A stretch of DNA of 64,000 bases from contig JAXHNB010000002.1 of assembly GCA_034520945.1 (NCBI GenBank), positions 224,001-288,000 of the forward strand. The letters run 5' to 3'. Below, one piece after another: positions 31,386 through 41,465 of this stretch; positions within the stretch are counted from its first letter, which is position 1, and every line of letters starts with the position of its first letter. The translations under genes and the position numbers were made by a program. Origin of the DNA: Trueperaceae bacterium (GTDB lineage: Bacteria > Deinococcota > Deinococci > Deinococcales > Trueperaceae). The notes under the pieces are model-generated. The model was not told the DNA's origin and made no database searches. It worked only from the letters and a program-made list of their open reading frames with translations.

Positions 31386-32414
31386 ATGCCCTACGTCGCA
31401 GACCCAGAACGCTATCAGCGCATCCCCTACCGACGCTGCGGACGCAGCGGCCTGAAACTGCCGGCCCTCTCGCTGGGCCTATGGCAGAACTTCGGGTTCG
31501 ACACCCCGTTCGACCGCGCACGGGAGATGGTCCTCACCGCCTTCGACCTGGGCGTCACGCACTTCGACCTCGCCAACAACTACGGGCCGCCTCCAGGCTC
31601 GGCGGAGGAGCAGTTCGGGCGGATGATGCGGACCGACCTGAAGCCGTACCGCGACGAGCTGGTGATCAGCACCAAGGCCGGGTACGACATGTGGGAAGGG
31701 CCGTATGGTGAGTGGGGCTCACGCAAGTACCTCCTGGCCAGCCTCGACCAGAGCCTGGAACGCATGGGACTCGACTACGTCGACGTCTTCTACTCCCACC
31801 GCTTCGACCCGGACACGCCGCTCGAAGAGACCATGGGTGCCCTGGCCAGCGCCGTCGAGCAGGGAAAGGCGCTCTACGCAGGCATCTCGTCCTACTCCGC
31901 CGCCAAGACGCGCGAAGCGGAACGCCTCCTGCGCGAAAAAGGCGTCCCGCTCCTGATCCACCAGCCCTCCTACTCGATGCTCAACCGCTGGATCGAAGAC
32001 GAACTGCTGGACGCGGTCGAGGAACTCGGGACCGGCGTGATCGCGTTCTCGCCGCTGGCGCAGGGACTGCTGAGCGACAAGTACCTGGGCGAGATCCCCG
32101 AGGACGCCCGAGCACACCGCGCCCCCAGCTTCCTGCCCGACTTCCTGACCGACGCCAACCTGCAGAAAGTCCGGGCGCTGAACGACATCGCGCGCCGCCG
32201 CGGCCAGAGCCTCGCCCAGATGGCCCTCGCCTGGTGCCTCCGCGACCCCCGCGTCACCACCGTGCTGATCGGCGCCAGCCGACCCGAACAGATCCGCGAG
32301 AACGTCGCCGGCCTCGATCGGCTGGACTTCAGCGACGACGAGCTCGCCGAGATCGAGCCGCACGCCACCGACGCCGGCCTCAACATCTGGGCCGCCTCCA
32401 GCGAAGCCGGCTGA
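31386..32414 (+). CDS. gpr: L-glyceraldehyde 3-phosphate reductase (YghZ/MgrA aldo-keto reductase)
   Basis: LGLWQNFG, HFDLANNYGPPPGSAE, STKAGYDMW, HQPSYSM. Confidence 0.9.
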   Translation: MPYVADPERYQRIPYRRCGRSGLKLPALSLGLWQNFGFDTPFDRAREMVLTAFDLGVTHFDLANNYGPPPGSAEEQFGRMMRTDLKPYRDELVISTKAGYDMWEGPYGEWGSRKYLLASLDQSLERMGLDYVDVFYSHRFDPDTPLEETMGALASAVEQGKALYAGISSYSAAKTREAERLLREKGVPLLIHQPSYSMLNRWIEDELLDAVEELGTGVIAFSPLAQGLLSDKYLGEIPEDARAHRAPSFLPDFLTDANLQKVRALNDIARRRGQSLAQMALAWCLRDPRVTTVLIGASRPEQIRENVAGLDRLDFSDDELAEIEPHATDAGLNIWAASSEAG

Positions 32415-32447
32415 ACGCCGAAGCGAACGATTTCGACCTCGAAAACG

Positions 32448-32490
32448 ACGCGTCCGGACCCACGAGCGCCCGCGGTGGGTCCGGACGCGT
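32448..32490. terminator. 16-bp stem-loop between the convergent gpr and moaA genes
   Basis: acgcgtccggacccac-N11-gtgggtccggacgcgt. Confidence 0.6.
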
Positions 32491-32652
32491 GCAAACGGTT
32501 GACGAATGGCGCATACCGAGGTAGATTGAGGATAGAACGAACCAAGCCCCGATACCGAAGGTTGAAACCATCAAGGTCAAGAACATCGCCGCGCATTCGC
32601 GCGGCGCGCTTCGTGTGCGGTCCCTAGCCGGGGCGGCCCTGGTGTGGCGCGC

Positions 32653-33636
32653 TCAGCCCCCGATGCCCACCATGGTACGGCTCCGCATGGTGGGGGCGGT
32701 CACGCCGCTGGCCACCTTGCGGTGGGCCGCGACCAGGAACGCATCGATCACCGCCGCGACCGGATCGTCCGCGCTCAACGCGGCCCGCAGCTCGAACTCG
32801 CGGTCGTGCAACAGGCAGGGGCGCAAGCGACCGTCGCTGGTCACCCGCATGCGGCTGCAGGCGCCACAGAACGGGTTCGACACCGGATCGACGAAGCCGA
32901 TCCGGCCCGCGAACCCCTCCAGTCGGTACAAACGGGCCGGGGCCGACGGATCCGTCGACACCGGCGTCAGCGCGCCCAACGCCGCCTCGATCCGCGCCCG
33001 GCTCTCGGCTCCCGACACGAACCGGCGGTGGTAGTCCTCCGGGTCGGCGTTGTTCAGGTGCATGTACTCGATGAACCGCACATGCCAGGGGTTGTCGCGT
33101 GCCAGCTCGGCCAACGGCACCAGCTGCGCGTCGTTGACGTCGCGGACCACGACCGCGTTCAACTTGATGGGCACCATGCCCGCGCGCTCCGCCGCGTCGA
33201 TCCCCTCCCAGACCTGACGCAAGGTGCCGCCGCCGGTCGCGTCGCGAAACGCGTCCGCCTCCGCCGCATCGAGGCTGATGTTCACGCGATCCAAGCCGGC
33301 CTCCAGCAGCGCATCCAGGCGCCGGGCCAACAGGCTGGCGTTGGTGGTCATGGCCACGTCCTCGACGCCGTAGCGGTGCTTGGCCAGCGACACCATCTCG
33401 GGAAGCTCCTTGCGCAACAACGGTTCGCCGCCCGTGAAACGGACCGACGTGATCCCGAGCTCCATCGCCGCGGCGAGGATGACGTCGACGTCCCGCACCG
33501 TAAGCGTTCCGATCGGATCGGCCGCGCCGTCCCCGAGCGGGTCGCAGTAGAAGCAGGCATAATTGCAGCGCGGCGTCACCGACAAGCGCAGGTCCCGCAC
33601 CACACGGCCATGTTGGTCGACCAGAGAACGTGTCAT
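32653..33636 (-). CDS. moaA: GTP 3',8-cyclase
   Basis: LRLSVTPRCNYACFYC, FTGGEPLLR, FCGACSRMR..RPCL, C-terminal IGG. Confidence 0.95.
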   Translation of the reverse strand: MTRSLVDQHGRVVRDLRLSVTPRCNYACFYCDPLGDGAADPIGTLTVRDVDVILAAAMELGITSVRFTGGEPLLRKELPEMVSLAKHRYGVEDVAMTTNASLLARRLDALLEAGLDRVNISLDAAEADAFRDATGGGTLRQVWEGIDAAERAGMVPIKLNAVVVRDVNDAQLVPLAELARDNPWHVRFIEYMHLNNADPEDYHRRFVSGAESRARIEAALGALTPVSTDPSAPARLYRLEGFAGRIGFVDPVSNPFCGACSRMRVTSDGRLRPCLLHDREFELRAALSADDPVAAVIDAFLVAAHRKVASGVTAPTMRSRTMVGIGG

Positions 33637-34121
33637 CGCGTCTCCTTTTCGGTCTCGGGCCGCGCGGCCCCGGCCGGCGCCGGCACGACCTGGGGCAGGG
33701 TCCACGTCACGAGATCGCCGCGGCGCACCATACCCCCACGGGCCACGCGAAGGTAGACGCCGCGGCGTCCGTACGCAGCTTTCGGCAGGGCCGGATCGAC
33801 CGCGGCCAGCGCCTGGCACACCGTGCAGGCCGAGGCGACCACGGTCCGCACCGGACCCAGCGTCACCCACGTGCCGGCAGGCGGAGCCATGGTCATGCCG
33901 TAAGCGACCACGTTCTCGCCCAGCCGTCCCGCCGTTAACTCGAACCCCTCGGACCGCAATGCCACGTAGCACGCCTCGGGCACCAGCAACAATGCCCGCG
34001 CGGGATCCCTGCCGTGATGCCGGTCGCCACGGGCCCCGCCCGTGTCGACGCGAAGCGCCTCCGCCGGCTCCTTCACGAACCCGCGGCCGGCCGCAAACAG
34101 GTGCGAGACACGGCCGGGCAT
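33633..34121 (-). CDS. MOSC domain protein (YiiM-like)
   Basis: GARGDRH, GRLGENV, CTVC, RRGVYLRV..GG.VRRGD. Confidence 0.8.
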   Translation of the reverse strand: MPGRVSHLFAAGRGFVKEPAEALRVDTGGARGDRHHGRDPARALLLVPEACYVALRSEGFELTAGRLGENVVAYGMTMAPPAGTWVTLGPVRTVVASACTVCQALAAVDPALPKAAYGRRGVYLRVARGGMVRRGDLVTWTLPQVVPAPAGAARPETEKETR

Positions 34122-34353
34122 CAAGCCCGGCGTGGTGCCGACGCGCCGCCCACCGCGACGGTGGGGCGAGCCGACGCGCGGAAACGCGCGCAAAACGGAC
34201 GTCTGGTCATTCGGGCCTCGATCCATGGGCAGGCCGGGCGCCCCCGGCACGGGGCGACGAGACGTGCGAGACGTACCTAAGAGTATGCGACAGCGACCCC
34301 CGCACGTTCAACGGACCGCCGCCGGAGGTCGGTCGCAGGCGCACGCGCTTCGC

Positions 34354-35622
34354 TCAGGAGGCCGCGTCGACGCGCCGCGGCGGGCGGAGCGCCAACGAGG
34401 CCACGGCCAACACCGCCGGCACCAGCGCCGAGAGCAGCAGGACCGGCAGGTAGCTTCCGGACACGTCGCGCCCCACCGCGAACACCAGGGGACCGATCGC
34501 GGTGCCTGCCACGCTGATGGTGGTGGCGAAGCCCTTGATGCTGCCGATGTGGCGGCGACCGAAGTAGTACGCGTACGCCGAGCCGGAGATGGCGCCCTTC
34601 ATGCCCTGCGCCAGACCCACCAGCACGCCGTACACCGGAAGCCACAGCGGCGAGACCCACCCCGCCAGGACCAACGCGCCGCTCAGGAACGCGAGCATCG
34701 CCGCCAACGCGAAGCGCGGCGGCATCCGGTCCAGCAGCGCGCCCGTCCCCACGTTGGCGCCGGCCGTCACCAGGCCCAGGGGCACGAACACCGCCGCCGC
34801 CGTGGCGCGATCCACGCCGCTGACGCCGAGAATGTCGAAGTGGTGAAACACCAACCCCGTCCCCAGCGCCGCCACCGCCACGTCGCCGACCGTCACGAAC
34901 CAGAAGGCGGCCGTCCGTCGGGCCTGCCCCAACGAGAGGTCCATCTCGTCGACCGCATCGGCATCGGTCGGCGTCCGTGGGCGGTGGCCGTCGGGCCGTT
35001 CGCCGTACTCCTCGGGGCGACCGCGGAAGAAGGTCACGCCCAGCGGCACGGCGATCAACGCCACGGCGGCCGCCATCGCCGCGTACGAGGCGCGCCAGCC
35101 GAGCGTGGCGATGAGGCGCTCCAGCAGGGGCGGAAAGAACGCCGTCGCGATCGACATGCCGAGTCCCAACAGGCCGATGGCCAACCCGCGCCGCCGCACG
35201 AACCACAGGTTCACCACGTGCAGCCCCACCAGGCTCAGCGACCCCTGCCCCAGGCCCCGGATCAGCACGAACCCGACCGCCAGCATCGCCAGGCTGGCGA
35301 CGCTGCTCATGTACAGGCACGCCAGCGCGAAGGCGCCGGCCACCACCGCCACGCCGAGCCGCGGCCCGCGCCGATCGACGAAGCGCCCTACGAACGGCAG
35401 CACGAACGAGCCGATCAGGGTGCCGATGGTGTACAGCAGCGACACCGTGCTGCGGGTCGCGCCCAGATCCACCAGGATCGGGTCGAGGAACACCGACACG
35501 CCGATGGTTTGCCCCGGCACCGTCATCATCGTCGTGACCAATGCCGCCGCCAGGACCACCCAGGCGTACGGCACGGGCGAGCGGTCGATGACGCGGCTGT
35601 GGCGTAGGGGGGCGTCGTGCAC
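34354..35622 (-). CDS. MFS transporter
   Basis: About 12 hydrophobic helices, GRFVDRRGPR motif A, YFGRRHIGSI. Confidence 0.9.
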   Translation of the reverse strand: MHDAPLRHSRVIDRSPVPYAWVVLAAALVTTMMTVPGQTIGVSVFLDPILVDLGATRSTVSLLYTIGTLIGSFVLPFVGRFVDRRGPRLGVAVVAGAFALACLYMSSVASLAMLAVGFVLIRGLGQGSLSLVGLHVVNLWFVRRRGLAIGLLGLGMSIATAFFPPLLERLIATLGWRASYAAMAAAVALIAVPLGVTFFRGRPEEYGERPDGHRPRTPTDADAVDEMDLSLGQARRTAAFWFVTVGDVAVAALGTGLVFHHFDILGVSGVDRATAAAVFVPLGLVTAGANVGTGALLDRMPPRFALAAMLAFLSGALVLAGWVSPLWLPVYGVLVGLAQGMKGAISGSAYAYYFGRRHIGSIKGFATTISVAGTAIGPLVFAVGRDVSGSYLPVLLLSALVPAVLAVASLALRPPRRVDAAS

Positions 35623-35750
35623 GAAGCGGGGACTCCTGACGTGAAGCGTGGTGAGGGTCGGGTAGGGCCGGACCGGCCCGCGACCGGCGCGCGACCGCCC
35701 TCGAGCCTACACGGCGTTCCCGGGCGTGCACGTCGCCCGTGGCCGGCACC

Positions 35751-36566
35751 TCACTCGACCGGAACGTAGGCGTCCGCGATCAGTTCGAACGGCCCGCTGC
35801 CGGACTCCGAATAGGAGGTCACGATGACCTCGTACCGGCCGGGCTCCAGCTGCAGGTACAGCGCCGAGTCGGTCGTGCCACCCGCGTCGTCGTTCTCGTC
35901 CACGAACCCGTCCTCGTCGGCGACGGTGAGGATGGTGTCGAACGCGTCCGAGCGGGCGGCGAAGCGGACCAGCATGGCCGCCTCGGACAGCACCACCTCG
36001 AAGCGCCTCGCCGGCCCGGGCTGCGCCATGGGGTGCGGCGCGTCGGTCTGCGCGAGGGTCGCCTCCAGCCTGCCGGGAACGGGCAGGCGCGCCGTGGGAT
36101 CGGTTCGTGCCTCGCGCGCCGTGGCGCGGTAGGAACCGAGGTCTTCGGGTCCGTAGCCGCTAACCACCAGCAGGTGCGCACCGCCGCGTTCGAAGGTGAG
36201 CGTGCCGCGTGGGTTCAAGCCCTCGGGCCCGTCGTCCACGGACGCCAGGACCTCGCCTTCGGGATCGAACACCGTCATGAACGGATCGAAGTCGGCTGAC
36301 GTCACCTCGAGGGTGAGGGCGTCGCCCGCGTCGGGACGTAGCACCAGCACGTCCACGCGCCGGCCGTCCACGAAGTTCTGGCCGTCGTCGCGCGTCAACG
36401 CACCTTCGACGGGTGCGCCCGGCGCCAGGACCGGGGCCGTGACCAGGTAGTAGTGCGGACTGATCAGCGGTCGCTGCGCCACGACGAACGACGCCGCGAG
36501 CGCCAAGGTCGCGAGAATCGGCCAGCAGCGTTGGGTCGTGCGCGTCGTGCGGCTCGATCGGGTCAT
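35751..36566 (-). CDS. Secreted protein with two PPC (pre-peptidase C-terminal)-like domains
   Basis: Signal peptide; repeated S.DFDP..VDD / SDAFD..ENDDAG..G.Y units. Confidence 0.75.
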   Translation of the reverse strand: MTRSSRTTRTTQRCWPILATLALAASFVVAQRPLISPHYYLVTAPVLAPGAPVEGALTRDDGQNFVDGRRVDVLVLRPDAGDALTLEVTSADFDPFMTVFDPEGEVLASVDDGPEGLNPRGTLTFERGGAHLLVVSGYGPEDLGSYRATAREARTDPTARLPVPGRLEATLAQTDAPHPMAQPGPARRFEVVLSEAAMLVRFAARSDAFDTILTVADEDGFVDENDDAGGTTDSALYLQLEPGRYEVIVTSYSESGSGPFELIADAYVPVE

Positions 36567-36802
36567 CGGCAGCCTCCTCTCGGGCCCGTCGCTTGGGTCC
36601 GCCTCGCGGGTTCGTGCGTGTCGGCGGCGGCACCGGCCCGAGGCGATCGTACGATGCGTCGCCCGGCGGGGGGTCGCCTCGAAACATGCCCCCGACGCCG
36701 CCGGCGTTAGCCCCGTCGCGGCGCGGGGCGGGGGCGGGTGGTACGCTCTTCGCTCGGAACGAACGGTTCATCTTCGAACGTCTCATCCCTGGGAGGACCC
36801 GC

Positions 36803-37882
36803 ATGACGCGATTCGCCGGCCCGATCCTCGCCTGCCTGTTGGCCCTGCTCCCCACTGCGGTGGCGCAGGACGACGCGACCTGGACCTGCCCGGAGGGGTT
36901 CGAGGGGGAGCGCCTGTCCGTGTACAACTGGACCACCTACATCGCGCCGGACACGATCCGAAACTTCGAGGAGGCGTGCGGCGTGGAGGTCACCTACGAC
37001 ACCTACCCCACCGACACCGACATGGTGGCCCGCATTCGTCAGGGCAACCCGGGCTACGACGTGGTGGTGCCCAGCGACGTGAACGTGTACCTGATGGTCG
37101 AGGAGGGGCTGGTGGAACCGCTCGACCACGCCCTTCTGCCGAACCTCGAGCACATCGATTCCACCTTCCTGGACCTGCAGTTCGACCCGAACAACCGCTA
37201 CACGGTGCCGTATCAGTGGGGCACGGTCGGACTCGGCTACGACGTGAACGCCGTCGGTCACGAGATCGAAGGTTGGCGCGACATGTTCGCCTACGACGGC
37301 CCCGTGTCGTGGCTCGAGGACGTGCGCGTGATGATGGGCGTCGGCCTGCTCCTGTTGGGCGAGGATCCGAACACCGGCGATCCCGAGGCGATCGACGCCG
37401 CCAAGGAGCACCTGATCGACAACGGCGACAACGTGGTGTACATCAACCAGGACGACGGCCAGGAGGTGTTGTTGCGCGGCGAGGCCGACATCGTGGTGGA
37501 GTACTCCGGCGACATCTTCCAGATCATGGAGGAGTGCGACTGCGATGATTATCGCTACGTGATCCCGGAGGAGGGGACCAACTTCTGGGTCGACAACCTG
37601 GCGATTCCCGTGGACGCGCCCAACCCCGAGCTGGCCCACGCCTTCATCGACTACGTGTTGGACCCGCAGGTCTCGGCCGACATCGCCAACTACACCGCCT
37701 ACGGCAGCCCCAACGCCACGGCCATCGAGAACGGCCTGATCGACGAAGACCTGCTGAACAACCCCGGCGTGTACCCGTCCGAGGAAACGCAGGAGCGCAT
37801 GTTCGAGGTCGTGCAGGACAGCGAACTCGAACAGTTGTACAACGACGCCTGGGACGAGATCAGGATTCGCGTCGGCCGGTGA
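36803..37882 (+). CDS. potD: Spermidine/putrescine ABC substrate-binding protein
   Basis: VYNWTTYI, GYDVVVPSD, PYQWGTVG, IPEEGTNFWVDNLAIP; SD GGAGG. Confidence 0.88.
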   Translation: MTRFAGPILACLLALLPTAVAQDDATWTCPEGFEGERLSVYNWTTYIAPDTIRNFEEACGVEVTYDTYPTDTDMVARIRQGNPGYDVVVPSDVNVYLMVEEGLVEPLDHALLPNLEHIDSTFLDLQFDPNNRYTVPYQWGTVGLGYDVNAVGHEIEGWRDMFAYDGPVSWLEDVRVMMGVGLLLLGEDPNTGDPEAIDAAKEHLIDNGDNVVYINQDDGQEVLLRGEADIVVEYSGDIFQIMEECDCDDYRYVIPEEGTNFWVDNLAIPVDAPNPELAHAFIDYVLDPQVSADIANYTAYGSPNATAIENGLIDEDLLNNPGVYPSEETQERMFEVVQDSELEQLYNDAWDEIRIRVGR

Positions 37883-39060
37883 ACGTCGCCGGTGCGCCCC
37901 CCCGGCCCGAACGCCCGGGACAGGGAAGCACGGACGGCGCCGCGCGGGCCACCCCCGCGGTCGAGCTGCGCGGGCTGGTCAAGGAGTTCCCCGGGCCGAG
38001 CGGGGGGGAGGGCGTGCGGGCGCTCGACGGGATCGACGTGGACGTGTCGGAAGGCGAGTTCTTCGCGCTGCTCGGCCCGTCGGGCTGCGGCAAGACCACC
38101 ACGCTGCGCATCATTGCGGGGTTCGAGGCTCCCACCGCCGGGGAGATTTTGATCCGAGGACGGCCCGTGCAGGGCGTGCCCCCCTTTCACCGGCCGGTGA
38201 ACACCGTGTTTCAGGATTACGCGCTGTTCCCCCACATGAACGTGCTTCAAAACGTCTCGTTCGGGTTGCGCATGGCGCACGTGCCGCGCGCGGAGGCCGA
38301 GGCGCGCGCCGCCGAAGCGCTGGAGATGGTGCGGCTGCCCGGCGCCGCCCGCCGCAAACCGGCGCAACTCTCGGGCGGTCAGCGCCAGCGCGTCGCGCTG
38401 GCCCGGGCGCTGGTGAACCGCCCGTCGGTGCTGCTTCTCGACGAGCCGCTGGGCGCGCTGGACCTGAAGCTGCGCAAGGCGATGCAGTTGGAGTTGGCAC
38501 AGCTCCAGCAGCAGGTCGGGATCACCTTCGTGTACGTGACGCACGACCAGGAGGAGGCGCTCACCATGTCCGACCGCGTGGCGGTGATGTCGGAGGGCCG
38601 CATCCATCAGGTCGGCCCTCCGGCCGAGGTGTACGAGCGGCCGCGCGACGGGTTCGTCGCCGACTTCATCGGGGAGACCAACTTCCTGGATGGCACGCTT
38701 GATGCGCGCGAGGGCGGGCGCGGCCGCGTGCGGCTGTCCAGCGGTCGGAAGCTGGTCGGCGAGGTGCGCAGCGACGGGCTCGAGACGGGCGCCGCGGTGC
38801 GGCTGGCGATCCGGCCCGAGAAGCTGGCCCTCCACCCGCGCGACGGGCACGCCGGTCCGGGCGACGGACTGGCCCGGCTCGACGGCGCCGTCGAGCGGGT
38901 CCACTACCTCGGCACGGACACCCGCTACCACGTTCGCACCGACGACGGCGTGGTGATCGTGCGCGCCCAGAACCGGCACGAGGGCTTCGCCGACGCGTTC
39001 CGGGCGGGCGACCCCGTGCGCGTTCATTGGGATCCCCGGCACGCCAGCGTGCTGCGGTGA
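37879..39060 (+). CDS. potA: Polyamine ABC transporter ATP-binding protein
   Basis: GPSGCGKTT, FQDYALFPHM, LSGGQRQR, LLLDEPLGALD, TOBE domain. Confidence 0.92.
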   Translation: MNVAGAPPRPERPGQGSTDGAARATPAVELRGLVKEFPGPSGGEGVRALDGIDVDVSEGEFFALLGPSGCGKTTTLRIIAGFEAPTAGEILIRGRPVQGVPPFHRPVNTVFQDYALFPHMNVLQNVSFGLRMAHVPRAEAEARAAEALEMVRLPGAARRKPAQLSGGQRQRVALARALVNRPSVLLLDEPLGALDLKLRKAMQLELAQLQQQVGITFVYVTHDQEEALTMSDRVAVMSEGRIHQVGPPAEVYERPRDGFVADFIGETNFLDGTLDAREGGRGRVRLSSGRKLVGEVRSDGLETGAAVRLAIRPEKLALHPRDGHAGPGDGLARLDGAVERVHYLGTDTRYHVRTDDGVVIVRAQNRHEGFADAFRAGDPVRVHWDPRHASVLR

Positions 39061-39082
39061 GTGGGACCACGGAGGCCGGGGC

Positions 39083-40009
39083 ATGATCACCGTGGTGGGA
39101 AGCCTGAACCTGGACATGGTCGTCCGCGTGGACCGCATGCCGGATCCGGGCGAAACCTTGCTCGCCCGCGGGTACGCCGAACACCACGGCGGCAAGGGCG
39201 CAAACCAAGCCGTCGCTGCCGTGAGGGCGGGCGGACGCGTGGCGATGATCGGCCGCATCGGACGGGACGAGGCCGGCTCGCGCCTCCGGGACGGACTGGC
39301 GTCCGACGACATCGACGTTGCCGAGGTTCGGACGGTGGAGGCGCCGACGGGCCGCGCCCTGATCGAGGTGGACGCCGCCGGCCAGAACCGCATCGTGGTC
39401 GTGCCCGGCGCCAACGCCGCGTGGACGGCGGACGACCTGCCGGGCGAGGCGCTGATCCGCAGCGACGTGATCGTGCTGCAGCGCGAGGTGCCCGACGACG
39501 TGGTGGCGGCCGCGATCCGACGGGGGGCCGCCGCGGGCCGGCGGACGGTGCTGAACCTGGCGCCGGCCGGCGCGATGCCGGACGACGTCCTCGCCGCCTG
39601 CAGCGTGCTCGTGGTGAACGAGTCCGAGGCCGCCTTCCTGGACGGCTGTGCGGCGGACGACGTCGCGGCCGATCCGTTGGGCGCCGCGCGCCGTTTGGCG
39701 TCGCGCGCCCTGGGGGACGTCGTGGTGACGCTCGGGGCGGACGGCGCCGTGCACGCGGGCGCCGGCGGGGAGGGACGCATCGAGGGATTCCCGGTGCACG
39801 CCGTGGACACCACCGCGGCGGGCGACGCCTTCGTCGGTGCGCTGGCCACCCGTTTGGACGAGGGCGCCGTGATGGGCGAGGCCGTCCGGTTCGGTTGTGC
39901 TGCTGGTGCCGAAGCCGTCACACGCGAGGGGGCGCAACCGTCGCTTCCGGATCGGGCGGCGATCGAGGCGCGCTTGGGTGGAGGCGCCCCTCTCTCGCGA
40001 CCTGCCTGA
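39083..40009 (+). CDS. rbsK: Ribokinase (PfkB family)
   Basis: VGSLNLD, GGKGANQAVA, NESE, DTTAAGDAF. Confidence 0.88.
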   Translation: MITVVGSLNLDMVVRVDRMPDPGETLLARGYAEHHGGKGANQAVAAVRAGGRVAMIGRIGRDEAGSRLRDGLASDDIDVAEVRTVEAPTGRALIEVDAAGQNRIVVVPGANAAWTADDLPGEALIRSDVIVLQREVPDDVVAAAIRRGAAAGRRTVLNLAPAGAMPDDVLAACSVLVVNESEAAFLDGCAADDVAADPLGAARRLASRALGDVVVTLGADGAVHAGAGGEGRIEGFPVHAVDTTAAGDAFVGALATRLDEGAVMGEAVRFGCAAGAEAVTREGAQPSLPDRAAIEARLGGGAPLSRPA

Positions 40010-40028
40010 GCATGGCCTGCTTGTGAGT

Positions 40029-40290
40029 GTACGCCGCAACGTCGCCACCCACGGCGGACGACTCAGCGACCGCGCTTCGAGTGCGCAGTGGAACGCGGAC
40101 CGTGCCGTGCGGCGTCCGAAGGTCGTGAAGCTGGTGGCGAATCCGGCCCTGCGGTAGTACGTGCAAGAGCGCGTCTCGCACGAGGCGAACTCCCAGGCGC
40201 ACTACGTGCAAGCCGGGGGCGCGCCGAAACGCGAGCTGACCGCGTGCCTCCGCCCCTTCAGGGCGCCACGCCAACGACGGATCGGAAAGG
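40029..40290 (+). mobile_element. IS30-family transposase remnant with an in-frame stop and an internal deletion
   Basis: One frame reads RRNVATHGGR..RASSAQW..RRPK..L.AN.ALR*YVQERVSHEA..A.YVQ.GGAPKRELTACLR, matching two normally separate IS30 segments as I recall them. Confidence 0.7.
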
Positions 40291-40357
40291 TCCGTAGGGC
40301 ACGGGACTGGAGCGGTAGGAGATTCGCACTGGAAGCGGCATGAGCTTCTCGGGTCTC

Positions 40358-40591
40358 TCACGGTGCTTCCTCGTCACCCAATGGAAGATGCAACAGCCGT
40401 TCGCTGCGCCAGACCCGGACGATCCTCAGCCGCTGGGGATCGCGCCGGTACACGATGCGGAAAGGCGGGTGGATGAGTTCCCGCAGGAAGGGTTGATCGA
40501 ATTCGGGCACCCCTTTCTCCGCATACCAAGCCTGCGCCGCCTCCAGGTCACGGAGTGCAGATTCGGCGAAACTGATGCCCGTCCGGGGTAT
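40358..40591 (-). pseudogene. RelE/ParE-family toxin pseudogene (start ATA, internal deletion)
   Basis: Manual translation IPRTGISFAESALRDLEAAQAWYAEKGVPEFDQPFLRELIHPPFRIVYRRDPQRLRIVRVWRSERLL; directly follows the antitoxin. Confidence 0.8.
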
Positions 40592-40595
40592 GGCG

Positions 40596-40865
40596 CTACT
40601 CGAGGCCGAGCCGCGCCCTGGCCTCGTCGAGGGAAACCTCGCGCCCCGCCTCTAGGTCCGCAAGGCCCGTGACCGCCGCCCGCATGAAGTCCCGTTCTTC
40701 CTGGGCTTTCTCGTAGTCGCCAAGCGACTGGATCACGGCGACACCCCGTCCCCGGCTGGTGAGCAGCACGGGGCGGTGGACCTCGGTCGCATGCTTCACG
40801 ACGCGGCCCGGATTCACCTTCAGATCCGTCAGGGGAACCAGATCCTGAGAAAATTTGATCGTCAT
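40596..40865 (-). CDS. Phd/YefM-family antitoxin
   Basis: MTIKFSQDLVPLTDLKVNPGRVV..RPVLLTSRGRGVAV; SD GGAGG. Confidence 0.9.
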   Translation of the reverse strand: MTIKFSQDLVPLTDLKVNPGRVVKHATEVHRPVLLTSRGRGVAVIQSLGDYEKAQEERDFMRAAVTGLADLEAGREVSLDEARARLGLE

Positions 40866-41204
40866 GACCGCCTCCACACAAGACCTATGATCAGCACCGA
40901 ACATTCGCACCTGGTATCGGACCTCGTAAGGGCCACGGAGGGTCATTGCGGTCGAGGTGCTGTACGCCGGACCTTCGCAAGCCCGCCGTCGGTGGGTCAA
41001 CCTTGGGCCTGATCGCCATGCTCTGCCCGGGTGGGTCTGGCGGCGTCTTCGGGACCGGCCCGTACGTCGGCGCCGTACTGGGGGTGCCGGCAAGCGAGGC
41101 TGGCGCGTCCGCGGCCAGCGCGCGAATGTCACTATGCGCGTGAGACACGCACATTCAGAGTCGGACCTCGATTTCGCTTCCCGAAGCCGGTCGATCCACA
41201 CCGC

Positions 41205-41465
41205 TTACATGGATACCCCAATCCTGCCGATGCGCACCCGCCACACCTCGGCCCCGGATTCGAGGGCTGCCCAGGTGAACTGGCCCTCGAGCTCGGCCGC
41301 GAACGGGTAGTAGAGCGGCTTCGGGCCGTGATCGTTGACGAGCACGAACGCTTGGTTCGGCTTCAGGGCTTGGAACGTCTCGAAGATCAGCTCGTGGCGC
41401 CTGGCCGGCGCGAAGCTGCGAACGTCCAGCGGTACGTCCTCCTGCGGACGGCCAGCGTCGCTCAC
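41205..41465 (-). CDS. DUF2249 domain protein
   Basis: LDVRSFAPARRHELIFETF..F.LVNDHGPKPLYY..W.VRIGR. Confidence 0.8.
   Translation of the reverse strand: MSDAGRPQEDVPLDVRSFAPARRHELIFETFQALKPNQAFVLVNDHGPKPLYYPFAAELEGQFTWAALESGAEVWRVRIGRIGVSM

Noticed and set aside
34122..34300. Moco riboswitch upstream of MOSC-moaA
   Set aside because: GC hairpins are present, but I could not match the conserved Moco RNA elements
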